Source: Bdellovibrionales bacterium (lineage in GTDB: Bacteria > Bdellovibrionota > UBA1018 > JADZFF01). From it: a DNA stretch of 64,000 bases. The position numbers and the translations under genes are program-made. Under the pieces are notes generated by a model. That model was not told the origin of the DNA. It was given only the letters and a program-made list of their open reading frames with translations, and did no database searches. Shown here one piece after another: positions 25,832 through 35,391 of this stretch. The first letter of the stretch is position 1; every line of letters begins with the position of its first letter. The DNA lies in contig JADZFF010000181.1 in NCBI GenBank assembly GCA_020850015.1, positions 4,939 through 68,938 on the forward strand, in the 5' to 3' direction.

Positions 25832-25874
25832 GAGCAAGAGTGACGAACCGTGGAGCGGCACCCGGCCCGAGCGC

Positions 25875-26336
25875 CTAGGCCTGCGCCTGCACCACGTTGA
25901 AGGTGGCGGTAACGAGCGCGACAAGCTCCCCTCTCCGCTTCACCGTTCCACGCACCACGCACAGGCGCTTCCCCCTGAACACGGCCTCTGTCTCCGCCTC
26001 GATCACCTCGCCCGGCTCAAGGGGCCGCAGGTAGTTCACCTTGAGCTCCACGGTGGAACAGAAGTCGCGTGGTCCAAGCGTGGTGAACACCGCCCCGCCG
26101 CAGCTGTAATCGAGGAAGGCAGAAACCACGCCTCCATGAATGCGGCCCGCCGGCGAAAGATGGTCATCGCGAAGCTTCAGGCGCGTGCGCGCGATGAATC
26201 TCTTGCGGTCCATCGCCACCACTTCGTATCCGAGCCATTGACCGAAGCGATCGGGGTGTGAGTAGTTCTCGAGCTGCGGTTGAGGGGTCGCGGGAGGTTT
26301 CGGCGATCTCTTCGACTGACGCGTTGGCTTCTGCAT
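25875..26336 (-). CDS. PaaI-family hotdog thioesterase
   Basis: 153 aa starting at MQKPTRQ. HLSPAGRIHGGVVSAFLDYSCGGAV...VELKVNYLRP is typical of PaaI/YbgC-like thioesterases. The rest of track ORF 25875..27542 is antisense to ampG. Confidence 0.8.
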   Translation of the reverse strand: MQKPTRQSKRSPKPPATPQPQLENYSHPDRFGQWLGYEVVAMDRKRFIARTRLKLRDDHLSPAGRIHGGVVSAFLDYSCGGAVFTTLGPRDFCSTVELKVNYLRPLEPGEVIEAETEAVFRGKRLCVVRGTVKRRGELVALVTATFNVVQAQA

Positions 26337-26359
26337 GACCTGGTAGTGCGGTCGACCCG

Positions 26360-27679
26360 CTACTTGCCCTTCTTCAAATGTGGAATCAGCAGGAGCCCGG
26401 GCAGCGCGATCAGCGCGCAGAAAATGAAGAAAGCGGGCCAACCCATCGTCTTGGCCATCCAGCCCGTGGGCGCGGCAAGCACCACTCGGGGTACGGCCAT
26501 GAGGCTCGTGAGGAGGGCGTACTGCGTGGCCGTATATCGGGTATTCGTCATGGATCCCATGAAGGCGATGAACGCGCTCGTACCCATGGCCGCGGTGATG
26601 TTCTCGAAGGCGATCACTCCGCCAAGGAGAAGAATGTAGGTATCCGCGAAGGAAAACTGCAGTAGCGGCACCACTCCCGTATTGGGATCGGCAGCCGCAG
26701 GTGCGGGGATGGTTGCGAGCTGAAGCAGGGGAAAACAGGCCGTTGAGGCGGCCTGAAGGATCCCCATGATCCAGAGCGAACGCACGATCCCGATCTTGAA
26801 GACCATGAAGCCGCCGGTGAGCGCGCCGACGATGAGGAAAAGCATCCCGAAGGACTTCACGATCCATCCGACGTGTTCCCGGCTGTACCCTATCTCCAGG
26901 TAGTAAGGCATCGTCATGGCCGAGGCCATGGAGTCGCCAACCTTGTAGACGAGAATGAAGACCAACACGATCATGGCGCTTCGCGTCCCCGATCGGCGGA
27001 AGAACTCCAGGAAGGGCTCGATCACCGACTCGCGAAGCGTGGAGGGGGCCTTCGCCGCGCTCTTTGGCTCGTCCGAAAGCACCGTTGCGACGATCCCGAG
27101 GAAAATCAGGCAGGCCATGAGCCCGTAGACCTTGGGCCAGGGCATGTTCATGGAGATCACGAGCGCGATCCCGCCGGTGATCAAGGTGGCCACCCTGTAG
27201 CCGATCACGTAGAGCGCGGAGCCGAGCCCAAGCTCCCGCTCGGGAAGAATCTCGCGGCGGTACGCGTCGATCAGGATGTCCTGCGTGGCCCCAAGAAAAC
27301 TCACCAGGAACGCGAGGCTTGCGAGCCGCCAGGTCTGCTCTGCAGGGTCGGTGAGCCCCATGAACCCGATCGCCAGCATGAGAAGCACCTGAGCGATGAC
27401 CAGCCAACCCCGCCGACGGCCGAGAAATGGGGTGGCGTAGCGATCGAGAAGCGGTGCCCAAAGAAATTTCAACGTGTAGGGCAGGCCCACGAGCGTGAAG
27501 ATCCCGATCACCGTGAGATCCACCTTGGCCTGTGACATCCAAGCCTGAAGCGTGGAACCCACCAGGAGCAAGGGTACCCCGGAGGAAAATCCGTGCAGCA
27601 ACGTGATGAGCATTCGCTTGGAGAAGATCGCCTGGATTTCCGACTTCGCGAGTTTTGCCATGCCGATCCAGGCTATCAC
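26360..27679 (-). CDS. ampG: AmpG-family MFS permease
   Basis: LLHGFSSGVPLLLVGSTLQAWM..VDLTVIGIFTLVGLPYTLKFLWAPLLDRY is a hallmark of the AmpG family. 12-TM-like profile. GTG start overlaps the upstream stop; an alternative ATG is at 27661. Confidence 0.8.
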   Translation of the reverse strand: MIAWIGMAKLAKSEIQAIFSKRMLITLLHGFSSGVPLLLVGSTLQAWMSQAKVDLTVIGIFTLVGLPYTLKFLWAPLLDRYATPFLGRRRGWLVIAQVLLMLAIGFMGLTDPAEQTWRLASLAFLVSFLGATQDILIDAYRREILPERELGLGSALYVIGYRVATLITGGIALVISMNMPWPKVYGLMACLIFLGIVATVLSDEPKSAAKAPSTLRESVIEPFLEFFRRSGTRSAMIVLVFILVYKVGDSMASAMTMPYYLEIGYSREHVGWIVKSFGMLFLIVGALTGGFMVFKIGIVRSLWIMGILQAASTACFPLLQLATIPAPAAADPNTGVVPLLQFSFADTYILLLGGVIAFENITAAMGTSAFIAFMGSMTNTRYTATQYALLTSLMAVPRVVLAAPTGWMAKTMGWPAFFIFCALIALPGLLLIPHLKKGK

Positions 27680-28386
27680 GGGGCCGAGGGCAGGTAGAGC
27701 TTTCTGACCGCTTGGCGGATGCGATCCGCCGTGGCCCGCGAACCGAGCCCGTCCACGGATTCGAGCGAAGCGAGCCTACCCTCGCGAATGAAATGCACGC
27801 TTCTCGCGTGCTCGGCGAGCTCGGCCGTCTGATGGGCCACCACCGCCACCACGCGCCCTCGTTCTTCCCAGTCGCGAAGCATGGCCACTGCGGAGTCGAG
27901 GGCGAGCACGTCCAGGCCGTCGAGCGGTTCGTCCATGAGCACCACCGGCTGTGGAGCCACGTGGGCCGCGAGCCAAGTTACCTTGCGGCGCTCGCCCTGG
28001 CTCATGCGTCCGAGGTACCGCTTCATCAGGGGCTCCAGGCGGAATGCCGTCACCCAGCGTTTCCAGTCCTCGCGCGGAGGAAGGTCGCCCGCCACGAACT
28101 CCATCCATTCCTCGGGGTAGATCATCTTGGGAAAGGCCAGGTACTCGGGAACTTGAAGCACCTTCTCGCGGGTATCGAGGAAATCGCCGCCCAGCTCGAG
28201 CAAACCTCCCATCGGTTTCAGCACCCCCGCCATGGACTGAAGAAGCGTGGTCTTGCCGTGGCCGTTGGGCGCGACGATGAGGTTCAGGCCCGAGGGAAGG
28301 ACCACTCCGTCGACGGCGCTGTCCACCGTCACCAGCACTCGGCCCGAGCGGCCCGCGCGGAAATTACGAAACGAAAGTGTCTTCAT
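27676..28386 (-). CDS. ABC transporter ATP-binding protein
   Basis: Walker A APNGHGKTT, signature MSQGERRK (degenerate), Walker B VVLMDEPLDGLD. Confidence 0.75.
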   Translation of the reverse strand: MKTLSFRNFRAGRSGRVLVTVDSAVDGVVLPSGLNLIVAPNGHGKTTLLQSMAGVLKPMGGLLELGGDFLDTREKVLQVPEYLAFPKMIYPEEWMEFVAGDLPPREDWKRWVTAFRLEPLMKRYLGRMSQGERRKVTWLAAHVAPQPVVLMDEPLDGLDVLALDSAVAMLRDWEERGRVVAVVAHQTAELAEHARSVHFIREGRLASLESVDGLGSRATADRIRQAVRKLYLPSAP

Positions 28387-29218
28387 CGAACCACTCCACG
28401 CTCCTCAAACGGTATCGGCCGGTGTCGGCCGTCCTCGTGCAGAAATAGATCACGGCGAGCAGGAACCAAGGGGACGCGAAGCAGGCCACGCCGCAGATCG
28501 TGCCCGCTGTGAGAGATACCAGATTCACGAGTCCGGGCCGCCCGGAGTCGCCTTCCACCGCCACGCTCACCCCGCCCAGCACGGCACCGAGCCCCCCACA
28601 ACCCAGCGCGGCCACGGCGGGGGTCGAGGATAGCGGGGAGCCAGGAAGTATCCCGAGCGCCACGAAGAGAAGGAGGTACTGAATCACTTGCGCGGTCCAC
28701 AGCGAGCCCAGGTAGGCGGAGATGCCGCCGTCGCGCGCGTGAAGCCTCACGAATCTCTGCCACCGCCGCCCGGAGTGGAGCGCGCGTTGAACGGGCCACT
28801 GGCAGATGATGATCCACAGCGGGGCCCAGGCGGGGGGGAGCATCGCCGCAGCGAAGGCCGTCAGGAGGATCGCCGCCCAGGTCGGTCCGCGACGAAACTC
28901 CTGCCTCAGATAGAGAGGGGTGATGCGCCCTCCAAGCTTCTTCCAAAACGACTCTCGAAAGAGGCCGCGTCGCAGGGGCAGGGCCCCCAAAGGCAGCAAC
29001 TCCACCCCTGCCGCGCCGGCTACGGTCAGCAGAACCGCGCCCCCCACCGCCGGCCAGGGCACCTCAATCTTCAGAACTTGGGTCAAAATCGCTTCCAGGA
29101 GGAGCGAAGCGGAGAGGGTGGAAATGGCGAAGAGAAGTACCCAAAAAATGAATGATTCCAACACCCAACGCAGGCTATTGAGCGACCAAAGCTTCAAGCT
29201 GCGCCAGCGAGGGGACAT
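28364..29218 (-). CDS. multi-pass membrane protein, probable partner of the downstream ABC ATPase
   Basis: Several hydrophobic helices. It overlaps the ATPase start by 23 nt. Start set at MSPRWRS because codons upstream have low GC3. No family recognised. Confidence 0.55.
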   Translation of the reverse strand: MSPRWRSLKLWSLNSLRWVLESFIFWVLLFAISTLSASLLLEAILTQVLKIEVPWPAVGGAVLLTVAGAAGVELLPLGALPLRRGLFRESFWKKLGGRITPLYLRQEFRRGPTWAAILLTAFAAAMLPPAWAPLWIIICQWPVQRALHSGRRWQRFVRLHARDGGISAYLGSLWTAQVIQYLLLFVALGILPGSPLSSTPAVAALGCGGLGAVLGGVSVAVEGDSGRPGLVNLVSLTAGTICGVACFASPWFLLAVIYFCTRTADTGRYRLRSVEWFDEDTFVS

Positions 29219-29288
29219 GGGGCCCAGTGTAGCCCGAGAAGGCCGTTTGTTCCCTCTCCTATAATAGACACATTTGGTCATCTATTGT

Positions 29289-30677
29289 ATGACTCTCGCC
29301 ATGGTACCCCCGTGTTGCGCCAGACCCCTGGGCCTGGCCGTGTTGATCGCCGCCAGCCTTGCCTTGGTTCAAGCTCCGGCTGCCGAGGCTCAAGGGGGCC
29401 GGCGCGTTCCGCCGCCCCCGATGCCCGAAGCCGGCCAACTGCCCGTCCCTCCCGGCGACTGGCTGGGACTGTCCTTGGAAACCGCGATTCAGACTCTTTC
29501 CGGCGAGCCCTTCACCCGCGGCAATCGATTTGAGCTCCTGGTGGATGGCCCGGAGTTCTATCCCGCGCGCCTGGAGATGATCCGGAACGCCCGGCACACC
29601 ATCGATCTCACTACCTTTCTCTGGTGCGACGACGAGTCGGGCCTGGCCGTGGCCGAGGCCCTCGCGTCAGCCGCGAGGGAGCGAAACGTCCGCGTGCGAG
29701 TGATCGTGGACTGGGCCAACGACAAGCCCCACGCGCGGGGATACCAGACCATGCGCGACGCGGGCGTCGAGATGCTCATCTTCAACCCCCTGAGCTGGGG
29801 TGTACTCAACGCGCTGAAACGCATGCACCAGAAGACGATGATCGTCGACGGCACGGAGCTCCTGTTGGGCGGAGCCAACCTCTGCGACGAGTACATGGTG
29901 CCGCACGCGGCGCGAGGCCTCTGGCGCGATCTGGAGTTGCGGGTCCGGGGACCGCAGGTGAGCCGCGTCCAGGCGAGGATCGACGCCACTTGGAACTGGA
30001 TGGCGCAGGAAGATAACGCGAATCGTATCCAAGAAGGCGCTCCCCTGCTGCGCCGGTACGAGGAACCCACCCCAGTGCCGAGGCACCCCGAGGCGGGAAC
30101 GGCGCGGGGGATCTTCCTCTATCAGCAGCCCCGCATCCGACCCGAGGACGAGGCCCGGCACATCGAGCTCTATCGCCAGCTTCTCCTTTCGGCGCGCGAG
30201 CGGATCATCCTCTATGACGCCTACCTCATCCCGCCCCGCGATCTCGAGGAGGCACTGAAGGACCGCGCGCGCAAGGGCGTCAGCGTCGACATCATCACGA
30301 ACTCCCTGAAATCGAACGACATGGGGCAGGTATTCGTCTCGTCGAGCTTGTCGCATTTCGGACGCCTGATGCGGGCCGGGGTGCGGATCTGGGAAGCTAA
30401 GGAGCGCACCTACCACGCGAAGGGTTTCCTGATCGACCGCTCGGCGCTCTCGGTGGGTTCCCACAACTTCACGAACCACAGCCACCGCAACAACGGCGAA
30501 AGCAACCTGCTTACCGACCAGCCTGAGGCCATTGACCGCTTCGAGCGAATGTTCGCGGAGGATACCGCCGGAGATGAGCTTCACCTCATCACTCCTCAGG
30601 ACCTCATCGCCCGCTCCAATGCTCTGGACGAGCAGGGATTCCTCATCCTCGGAACCTGGCTCACGCCGTTTTTCTGA
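29289..30677 (+). CDS. phospholipase D / cardiolipin synthase family protein (two HKD motifs), secreted or membrane-anchored
   Basis: HQKTMIVDG and YHAKGFLIDRSALSVGSHNF are the HKD motifs. N-terminal hydrophobic segment LGLAVLIAASLALVQAPAAEA. Confidence 0.8.
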   Translation: MTLAMVPPCCARPLGLAVLIAASLALVQAPAAEAQGGRRVPPPPMPEAGQLPVPPGDWLGLSLETAIQTLSGEPFTRGNRFELLVDGPEFYPARLEMIRNARHTIDLTTFLWCDDESGLAVAEALASAARERNVRVRVIVDWANDKPHARGYQTMRDAGVEMLIFNPLSWGVLNALKRMHQKTMIVDGTELLLGGANLCDEYMVPHAARGLWRDLELRVRGPQVSRVQARIDATWNWMAQEDNANRIQEGAPLLRRYEEPTPVPRHPEAGTARGIFLYQQPRIRPEDEARHIELYRQLLLSARERIILYDAYLIPPRDLEEALKDRARKGVSVDIITNSLKSNDMGQVFVSSSLSHFGRLMRAGVRIWEAKERTYHAKGFLIDRSALSVGSHNFTNHSHRNNGESNLLTDQPEAIDRFERMFAEDTAGDELHLITPQDLIARSNALDEQGFLILGTWLTPFF

Positions 30678-30718
30678 GCCTTTGATCCCCGGCATGGGAG
30701 CGGGTTACACTTCCCCCT

Positions 30719-31582
30719 ATGCTCGCAGCCTTCATGACCGTCGTCTCCCTCTCGCTGGCGCAGGCCGCGCCTCCGCCCGCGGACAAGAAGCCCCCGAAGG
30801 CCCCCCGGCCGAAAGCGCCGCGCGTCTCGTACAACGAGGCCGCCAAGCTCTATGACGAAGCTGCCGGGGGACTGGGAGGCGAGGAGTGCGGTCCGCGCCC
30901 CCACCTGTTCGAGCCACGCATCATCTGCGGCATGACTCTCAGCGCGAGCGCCACTGACGGACCGCTGATCTACCCTGAGAGCATGCCCGCGCGAATGGCG
31001 CCGATCAGCGAGGCTCACCGCACCGGAGAGCAGGGGTTCATCGTATTCCGCGCCTGCGACGCCTATTTCCACAGGATCCCGCCCGGCGCCCGCGTGCCGC
31101 GCGGATGCATGGAAGCGGAACGCATGGGTCCGATGCCTGCGGGAGCATCTCTCGTGGCCCTTTCGACGCCGGGCCTGGGCGAGGTGCGCGGCATGTACGT
31201 GCCTGAGAACAAAGCTGACAAGGAGCCCTTTTTGCTCGACAGCGCGTCTTCCTTTCCCGGTTCGGGTTCCTGCTACCACCCCCTCGCGGCGGAGCGGATC
31301 GCGTCGGGAACGACGTTGACTGAAGCGCTGGACGGAATCCTACGCCGCCAGATCGAGGCTTTCCTCAAGGAAACGGAAAAGGAACCGGAGACGCGGGACG
31401 AGGTAAGAGAAGCCTGCGGGCGGATCGCCGCGCTCAAAGATCTCTTCCCAGACGAGTTGCCCGACGCCAAAAAAGCCCGTGCGGAGCGCCGCGCGAAAAC
31501 CCAACCCCCGACTGCGGCCCCGGAAGAGGGAGCACCCCCGGCCCCGCCCCCGCCCCCGCAGTCACCAACGATCGACTTTTGA
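30719..31582 (+). CDS. hypothetical secreted protein with Pro-rich ends
   Basis: Signal-like MLAAFMTVVSLSLAQA and C-terminal PPAPPPPPQSP. The stop overlaps the start region of the GMC oxidoreductase gene. No family recognised. Confidence 0.5.
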   Translation: MLAAFMTVVSLSLAQAAPPPADKKPPKAPRPKAPRVSYNEAAKLYDEAAGGLGGEECGPRPHLFEPRIICGMTLSASATDGPLIYPESMPARMAPISEAHRTGEQGFIVFRACDAYFHRIPPGARVPRGCMEAERMGPMPAGASLVALSTPGLGEVRGMYVPENKADKEPFLLDSASSFPGSGSCYHPLAAERIASGTTLTEALDGILRRQIEAFLKETEKEPETRDEVREACGRIAALKDLFPDELPDAKKARAERRAKTQPPTAAPEEGAPPAPPPPPQSPTIDF

Positions 31583-33198
31583 AACCTATGGCAGACTACG
31601 ACTATGATTTCCTGATTATCGGTTCCGGATTCGGGGGGAGCGTCTCAGCGATGCGCCTCGCGGAGAAGGGCTATTCCGTCTGCGTGCTCGAGGCGGGCCG
31701 CCGCTGGAAGGACTCGGATTTCCCGCGCAGCAACTGGCAGGTCAGGAAATTCCTCTGGGCTCCCCTCCTTCGGTGCTTCGGCATCCAGAGAATCGCCCTC
31801 TTCCGGAACGTGATGATCCTGAGTGGCGCCGGCGTGGGCGGAGGAAGCCTCGTTTACGCGAATACGCTCATGGAGCCCGGCGACGAGTTTTACCGCACGG
31901 GAACCTGGCAGGGCTCGGGACGGGACTGGAAAGCAGAGCTCGCGCCCCACTACGCCACCGCGAGGCGCATGCTCGGAGTGGCGCCCAACCCGCGCACCAC
32001 CTTCCCGGATCAAGTGCTCAAGGAGGTCGCCGACGAGCTCGGGTATGGGAAAAGCTACCGACCCACGGACGTCGGCGTCTTTTTTGGCGCCCCGGGCGAG
32101 ACGGTCAAGGACCCCTACTTCTCGGGCCAGGGCCCGGACCGGACCGGCTGCCACCACTGCGGGGGCTGCATGGTGGGCTGCCGCCACGGCTCGAAGAACA
32201 CTTTGCCCAAGAACTACCTCTGGTTCGCCGAGAAGTCCGGCGCGGTGATCGTGCCGGAAACCACGGCAAGCGATATCCGCCCCCTCGATTCCCCCCTTGG
32301 CGGTTACGAAGTGCAGGCCCGAAGCACCACCGACCTCCTCTTCAAACGCAAGCGGATCATCCGCGCGCGTTCGGTGGTCGTCTCCGCCGGTGTACTGGGC
32401 ACGCTCAAGCTCCTTTTCCGCTGCAAGACCGCCACACGTTCGCTCCCGCAGATCTCCGATCGCCTGGGATACGAGATCCGCACGAACAGCGAGGCGGTGA
32501 TCGGCGTCACGGAGCTCAATCCCCCAAAGGGCCGCGACTACTCCGAGGGTGTCGCCATCACGTCCATCATCCACGCCGATGAGCACACCTCAATCGAACC
32601 CGTGCGGTATCCCAAGGGTTCGAACCTCATGAAACTCCTGGCGGCTCCCATGACCGACGGAGCGCACCCGCTCGTTCGCCCGCTCGCGCTGCTTTGGAAC
32701 CTACTGGCCCACCCCCTCGATACGCTTCGCCTGGCTTTCAACCGAGGATGGGCCGAAAAGAGCGTGATCCTGCTCGTGATGCAGACCCTCGACAACAAGA
32801 TGAGGTTCGTCTTCCGCAGGAGCGTCCTCTCGCCGCTCAGGCGCGGGCTCGCCACGGCGGCCGATCAAGGCGGTGGCGCGCCTCCGGTTCCCACCTACAT
32901 CCCCGCGGGGCATGAGGTGGCCCGCCGTTTCGCCGCGAAGGTAGGAGGCATCCCACAGAGCGCGGTGAACGAGGTGCTCCTCAATATCCCGAGCACCGCG
33001 CACATCCTGGGCGGGTGCCCGATCGCCTCGGACCGCGGGCGAGGCGTCGTGGACGAGAATCACCAGGTTTTCGGGTACCCCGGCCTCTACGTCTGCGACG
33101 GGTCGGTGATCCCAGCGAACCTTGGGGTGAACCCGAGCCTCACGATCACCGCGATGACGGAGCGGGCGATGAGCTCGATCCCGAAAAAGCGGGTTTGA
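31579..33198 (+). CDS. GMC-family FAD oxidoreductase (cholesterol-oxidase-like)
   Basis: DYDFLIIGSGFGGSVSAMRLAEKGYSVCVLEAG Rossmann motif and C-terminal GLYVCDGSVIPANLGVNPSLTI. An alternative ATG start is at 31588. Confidence 0.85.
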   Translation: MKPMADYDYDFLIIGSGFGGSVSAMRLAEKGYSVCVLEAGRRWKDSDFPRSNWQVRKFLWAPLLRCFGIQRIALFRNVMILSGAGVGGGSLVYANTLMEPGDEFYRTGTWQGSGRDWKAELAPHYATARRMLGVAPNPRTTFPDQVLKEVADELGYGKSYRPTDVGVFFGAPGETVKDPYFSGQGPDRTGCHHCGGCMVGCRHGSKNTLPKNYLWFAEKSGAVIVPETTASDIRPLDSPLGGYEVQARSTTDLLFKRKRIIRARSVVVSAGVLGTLKLLFRCKTATRSLPQISDRLGYEIRTNSEAVIGVTELNPPKGRDYSEGVAITSIIHADEHTSIEPVRYPKGSNLMKLLAAPMTDGAHPLVRPLALLWNLLAHPLDTLRLAFNRGWAEKSVILLVMQTLDNKMRFVFRRSVLSPLRRGLATAADQGGGAPPVPTYIPAGHEVARRFAAKVGGIPQSAVNEVLLNIPSTAHILGGCPIASDRGRGVVDENHQVFGYPGLYVCDGSVIPANLGVNPSLTITAMTERAMSSIPKKRV

Positions 33199-33199
33199 T

Positions 33200-33568
33200 T
33201 CAGGCGATCCCCGTCAGGCCGAGGCCCCTGAGCAGCTCCTCCACGGGCATCTTCCGCACCACTCTGACCTGGTCGGGTGGGCAGAACACCCGATGTTCGT
33301 CCTGCGCGTAAACCTTGATCCCCGAGAAGATCAACAGCGCCTCGATGGAGCCAGCTCCCTCCGCCTGCAGAGCGGCCAATAGCCCCGCTTCCACGCAACG
33401 CTTCAGGCCGAGCCCCGTCCAAAGCGCCACGGCATCCGGATCGAGGTCCTTCGGGGGAGGAGCGAGCCAGCCTTCCTTCACCCGAGCGCCTGGCACAAGC
33501 ACAGGCTTTCCCATGCGCATCAGGAGAAAGTAGTGCTTCAGCTGCTGCCACTGCTCGAGCGGATTCAC
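33200..33568 (-). CDS. hypothetical protein
   Basis: 122-aa ORF with an ATGA-type overlap with the tadA stop. No family recognised. Confidence 0.5.
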   Translation of the reverse strand: MNPLEQWQQLKHYFLLMRMGKPVLVPGARVKEGWLAPPPKDLDPDAVALWTGLGLKRCVEAGLLAALQAEGAGSIEALLIFSGIKVYAQDEHRVFCPPDQVRVVRKMPVEELLRGLGLTGIA

Positions 33569-34002
33569 GGCGTCTTCGCCCTCCGCGCCCGGAAGAACTC
33601 CTTGAGGATCGCCTCGCAGCGCGGGTCGTGCTGGAACTCGGCCGGAAAACGGTGGTTCAGGCGCTGGTCCTCGTGAAGCGCGTGCCCGAGACTCAGAGCC
33701 CCCCCCTTTGGATCAGCGGCGCCATAGATCAGCCGATCCACCCGTGCGTGTTGGGCTGCACCCAGGCACATCGGGCAGGGCTCGAGCGTCACCACCAGGG
33801 TGCAACCCCCGAGCCGCCAACCTCCCAACCTGCGCGCCGCCTCGCGAAGCGCCAGAATCTCGGCGTGGGCCGAAGGATCCCGGTCGGCTTCTTTTCGGTT
33901 GCGCGCCACCGCGAGCACTTCCGATCCCCGGACGACGACGGCCCCCACCGGAACTTCCCCATGTCCGGCCGCCTCCTGAGCGGCGGCCAGCGCGAGCTCC
34001 AT
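33565..34002 (-). CDS. tadA: tRNA adenosine(34) deaminase
   Basis: GEVPVGAVVV, HAEILALREA and TLEPCPMCLGA are the CDA-fold zinc motifs. Start set at MELALAAAQ because upstream codons have low GC3. The track ORF runs to 34134. Confidence 0.85.
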   Translation of the reverse strand: MELALAAAQEAAGHGEVPVGAVVVRGSEVLAVARNRKEADRDPSAHAEILALREAARRLGGWRLGGCTLVVTLEPCPMCLGAAQHARVDRLIYGAADPKGGALSLGHALHEDQRLNHRFPAEFQHDPRCEAILKEFFRARRAKTP

Positions 34003-34063
34003 CCAGCCGGCGCGCGCGACGTCGCCAGTGGACGAGCCGCGATCAGAATGCTGTAATGGGGAC

Positions 34064-34642
34064 ATGCGCATCAGTTTTATCGCCTTTCTGATGCTCGGTC
34101 CACTCGGCGCCGGTGCCTGGGCGGCACCGGGCAAGGCGCCCGCCGCCAGTCCTCCTCCCCCTTCGGAGCAGCACGTCGGCCCGAAGACCGTTCCGGCGAA
34201 AAAGGGGAAGAAGATCTACCCGGCGCAAAAGAGGCCCAAGCTCAAACGCGAGGACTTCAAGCTCCAGGCGACGATGAAGAACCCGGACGGCTTCAAGATC
34301 GAGCCGAAGAACCAGGTCAAGCAGCCCGCCGCCATGACCTTGCGCAAACACGCGGTACGCCCCGGCATTCTCGTGCTCGAGCTCAAGGTGCGCGATCCCA
34401 AGCTCATGCTCAGCCGCAAGACGGCGGTGGTGCAGCTTTACCCCGAGGAAGAGGTGGAGCTCGAAAAGGAGATCTTCGTGAACGAGGAATGGCCGAAGAC
34501 GGACCTCGTGGAGGTCGGCTACAAGATCCTCAAACCCGGCGGACCCTATCTGGTGCAAGGAGAAGGCGCGTTCACTCTTTGCCAGAAAAATTCGAAAGTC
34601 TGCGAGTCAAAGATCATCCCTTTTGCCGTCGAGCTGCCCTGA
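34064..34642 (+). CDS. hypothetical secreted protein
   Basis: Signal peptide MRISFIAFLMLGPLGAGAWA and a Lys/Pro-rich linker. No family recognised. The 3' end overlaps the convergent PilZ gene by 36 nt. Confidence 0.5.
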   Translation: MRISFIAFLMLGPLGAGAWAAPGKAPAASPPPPSEQHVGPKTVPAKKGKKIYPAQKRPKLKREDFKLQATMKNPDGFKIEPKNQVKQPAAMTLRKHAVRPGILVLELKVRDPKLMLSRKTAVVQLYPEEEVELEKEIFVNEEWPKTDLVEVGYKILKPGGPYLVQGEGAFTLCQKNSKVCESKIIPFAVELP

Positions 34643-35362
34643 AGCCGCAAGCCGGCGCGCCAGTGTCCTGAGCTCGCGCCTTTGCCTGCGGTCCGTGCGG
34701 TCGAACCGAACGCCTGCCCCCCGGGGATGCGTCACGCCGCTCTCGGTGGACCAGACCACGAGCCCGGGAACGCGGTACTCGCTTCCGTCCACCTGGAACA
34801 CGCAATCCACGCTCGTCTCTTCCTCCGGGAGATCACGAAGCTTGAGAAAACAACCTCGGCTCGAGAAGTCCATCACCTGCCCCTCCCAGATCGCCGAGCC
34901 CGAGGACTGATCGCCCACGAGCCGGGCGGGAAGATTCAGCTGAAATTCCGGATTCGATTCCCACCAGCGGATTCTAGGCGCGAGATAGGGAACGCGCAGC
35001 TCGCGAGAAATCTGATAGGCCACCGCAACGGCGGCGGCGGCACCCGCCAGGAAGGCCAGGGGTTTGTAATGGCTGGCCGAGTAGTTCAGCACGAGCACGG
35101 CGTTGGCGTAGAAGACGAAGGCGCTGCCGGCCAGTGCGGCGTGCCGTGCCCACGGTTTCATCTCCCGGAGGCCCCAGCCCACGATCACCATGATCACGGA
35201 AAGCGTCAGAAAGAGGGGGGTCAGCGCGAACGCCGCCATTCGCCCGGCCGGAACGTCGAAGACCACCGCCGATACCAGCAGATAGACGAAGGGGAACGCG
35301 AGGTGGAGGGAAGATAGGGCCCGAACGGTCCGGGTAGCGTGACGCCGCTTCACGCCTTTCAT
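34607..35362 (-). CDS. membrane-anchored PilZ-domain protein
   Basis: Four N-terminal TM helices. The C-terminal domain has the DFSSRGCFLK (DxSxxG) motif and GAGVRF, typical of PilZ. The RxxxR element is only approximate. Confidence 0.6.
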   Translation of the reverse strand: MKGVKRRHATRTVRALSSLHLAFPFVYLLVSAVVFDVPAGRMAAFALTPLFLTLSVIMVIVGWGLREMKPWARHAALAGSAFVFYANAVLVLNYSASHYKPLAFLAGAAAAVAVAYQISRELRVPYLAPRIRWWESNPEFQLNLPARLVGDQSSGSAIWEGQVMDFSSRGCFLKLRDLPEEETSVDCVFQVDGSEYRVPGLVVWSTESGVTHPRGAGVRFDRTDRRQRRELRTLARRLAASGQLDGKRDDL

Positions 35363-35391
35363 TCTAGCGCCGATCTCAATAAAATCAGCGC

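Noticed and set aside
34003-34071. Palindromic ATGCGCAT giving overlapping divergent start codons for tadA and the 34064 secreted-protein gene.
   Set aside because: Codons of the putative tadA extension have low GC3 (cca tta cag cat tct gat), unlike the rest of the gene. The conserved TadA sequence begins near MELALAAAQ, which leaves a normal 61-nt divergent promoter region.
34607-34642. 36-nt convergent overlap of two gene ends (also 58610-58623 and 15916-15919) as a sign of hidden antisense regulation or mis-annotation.
   Set aside because: Both ORFs in each pair have coding-like composition up to their stops. Such overlaps are consistent with the extreme compaction seen throughout the window, and no additional structure was seen.
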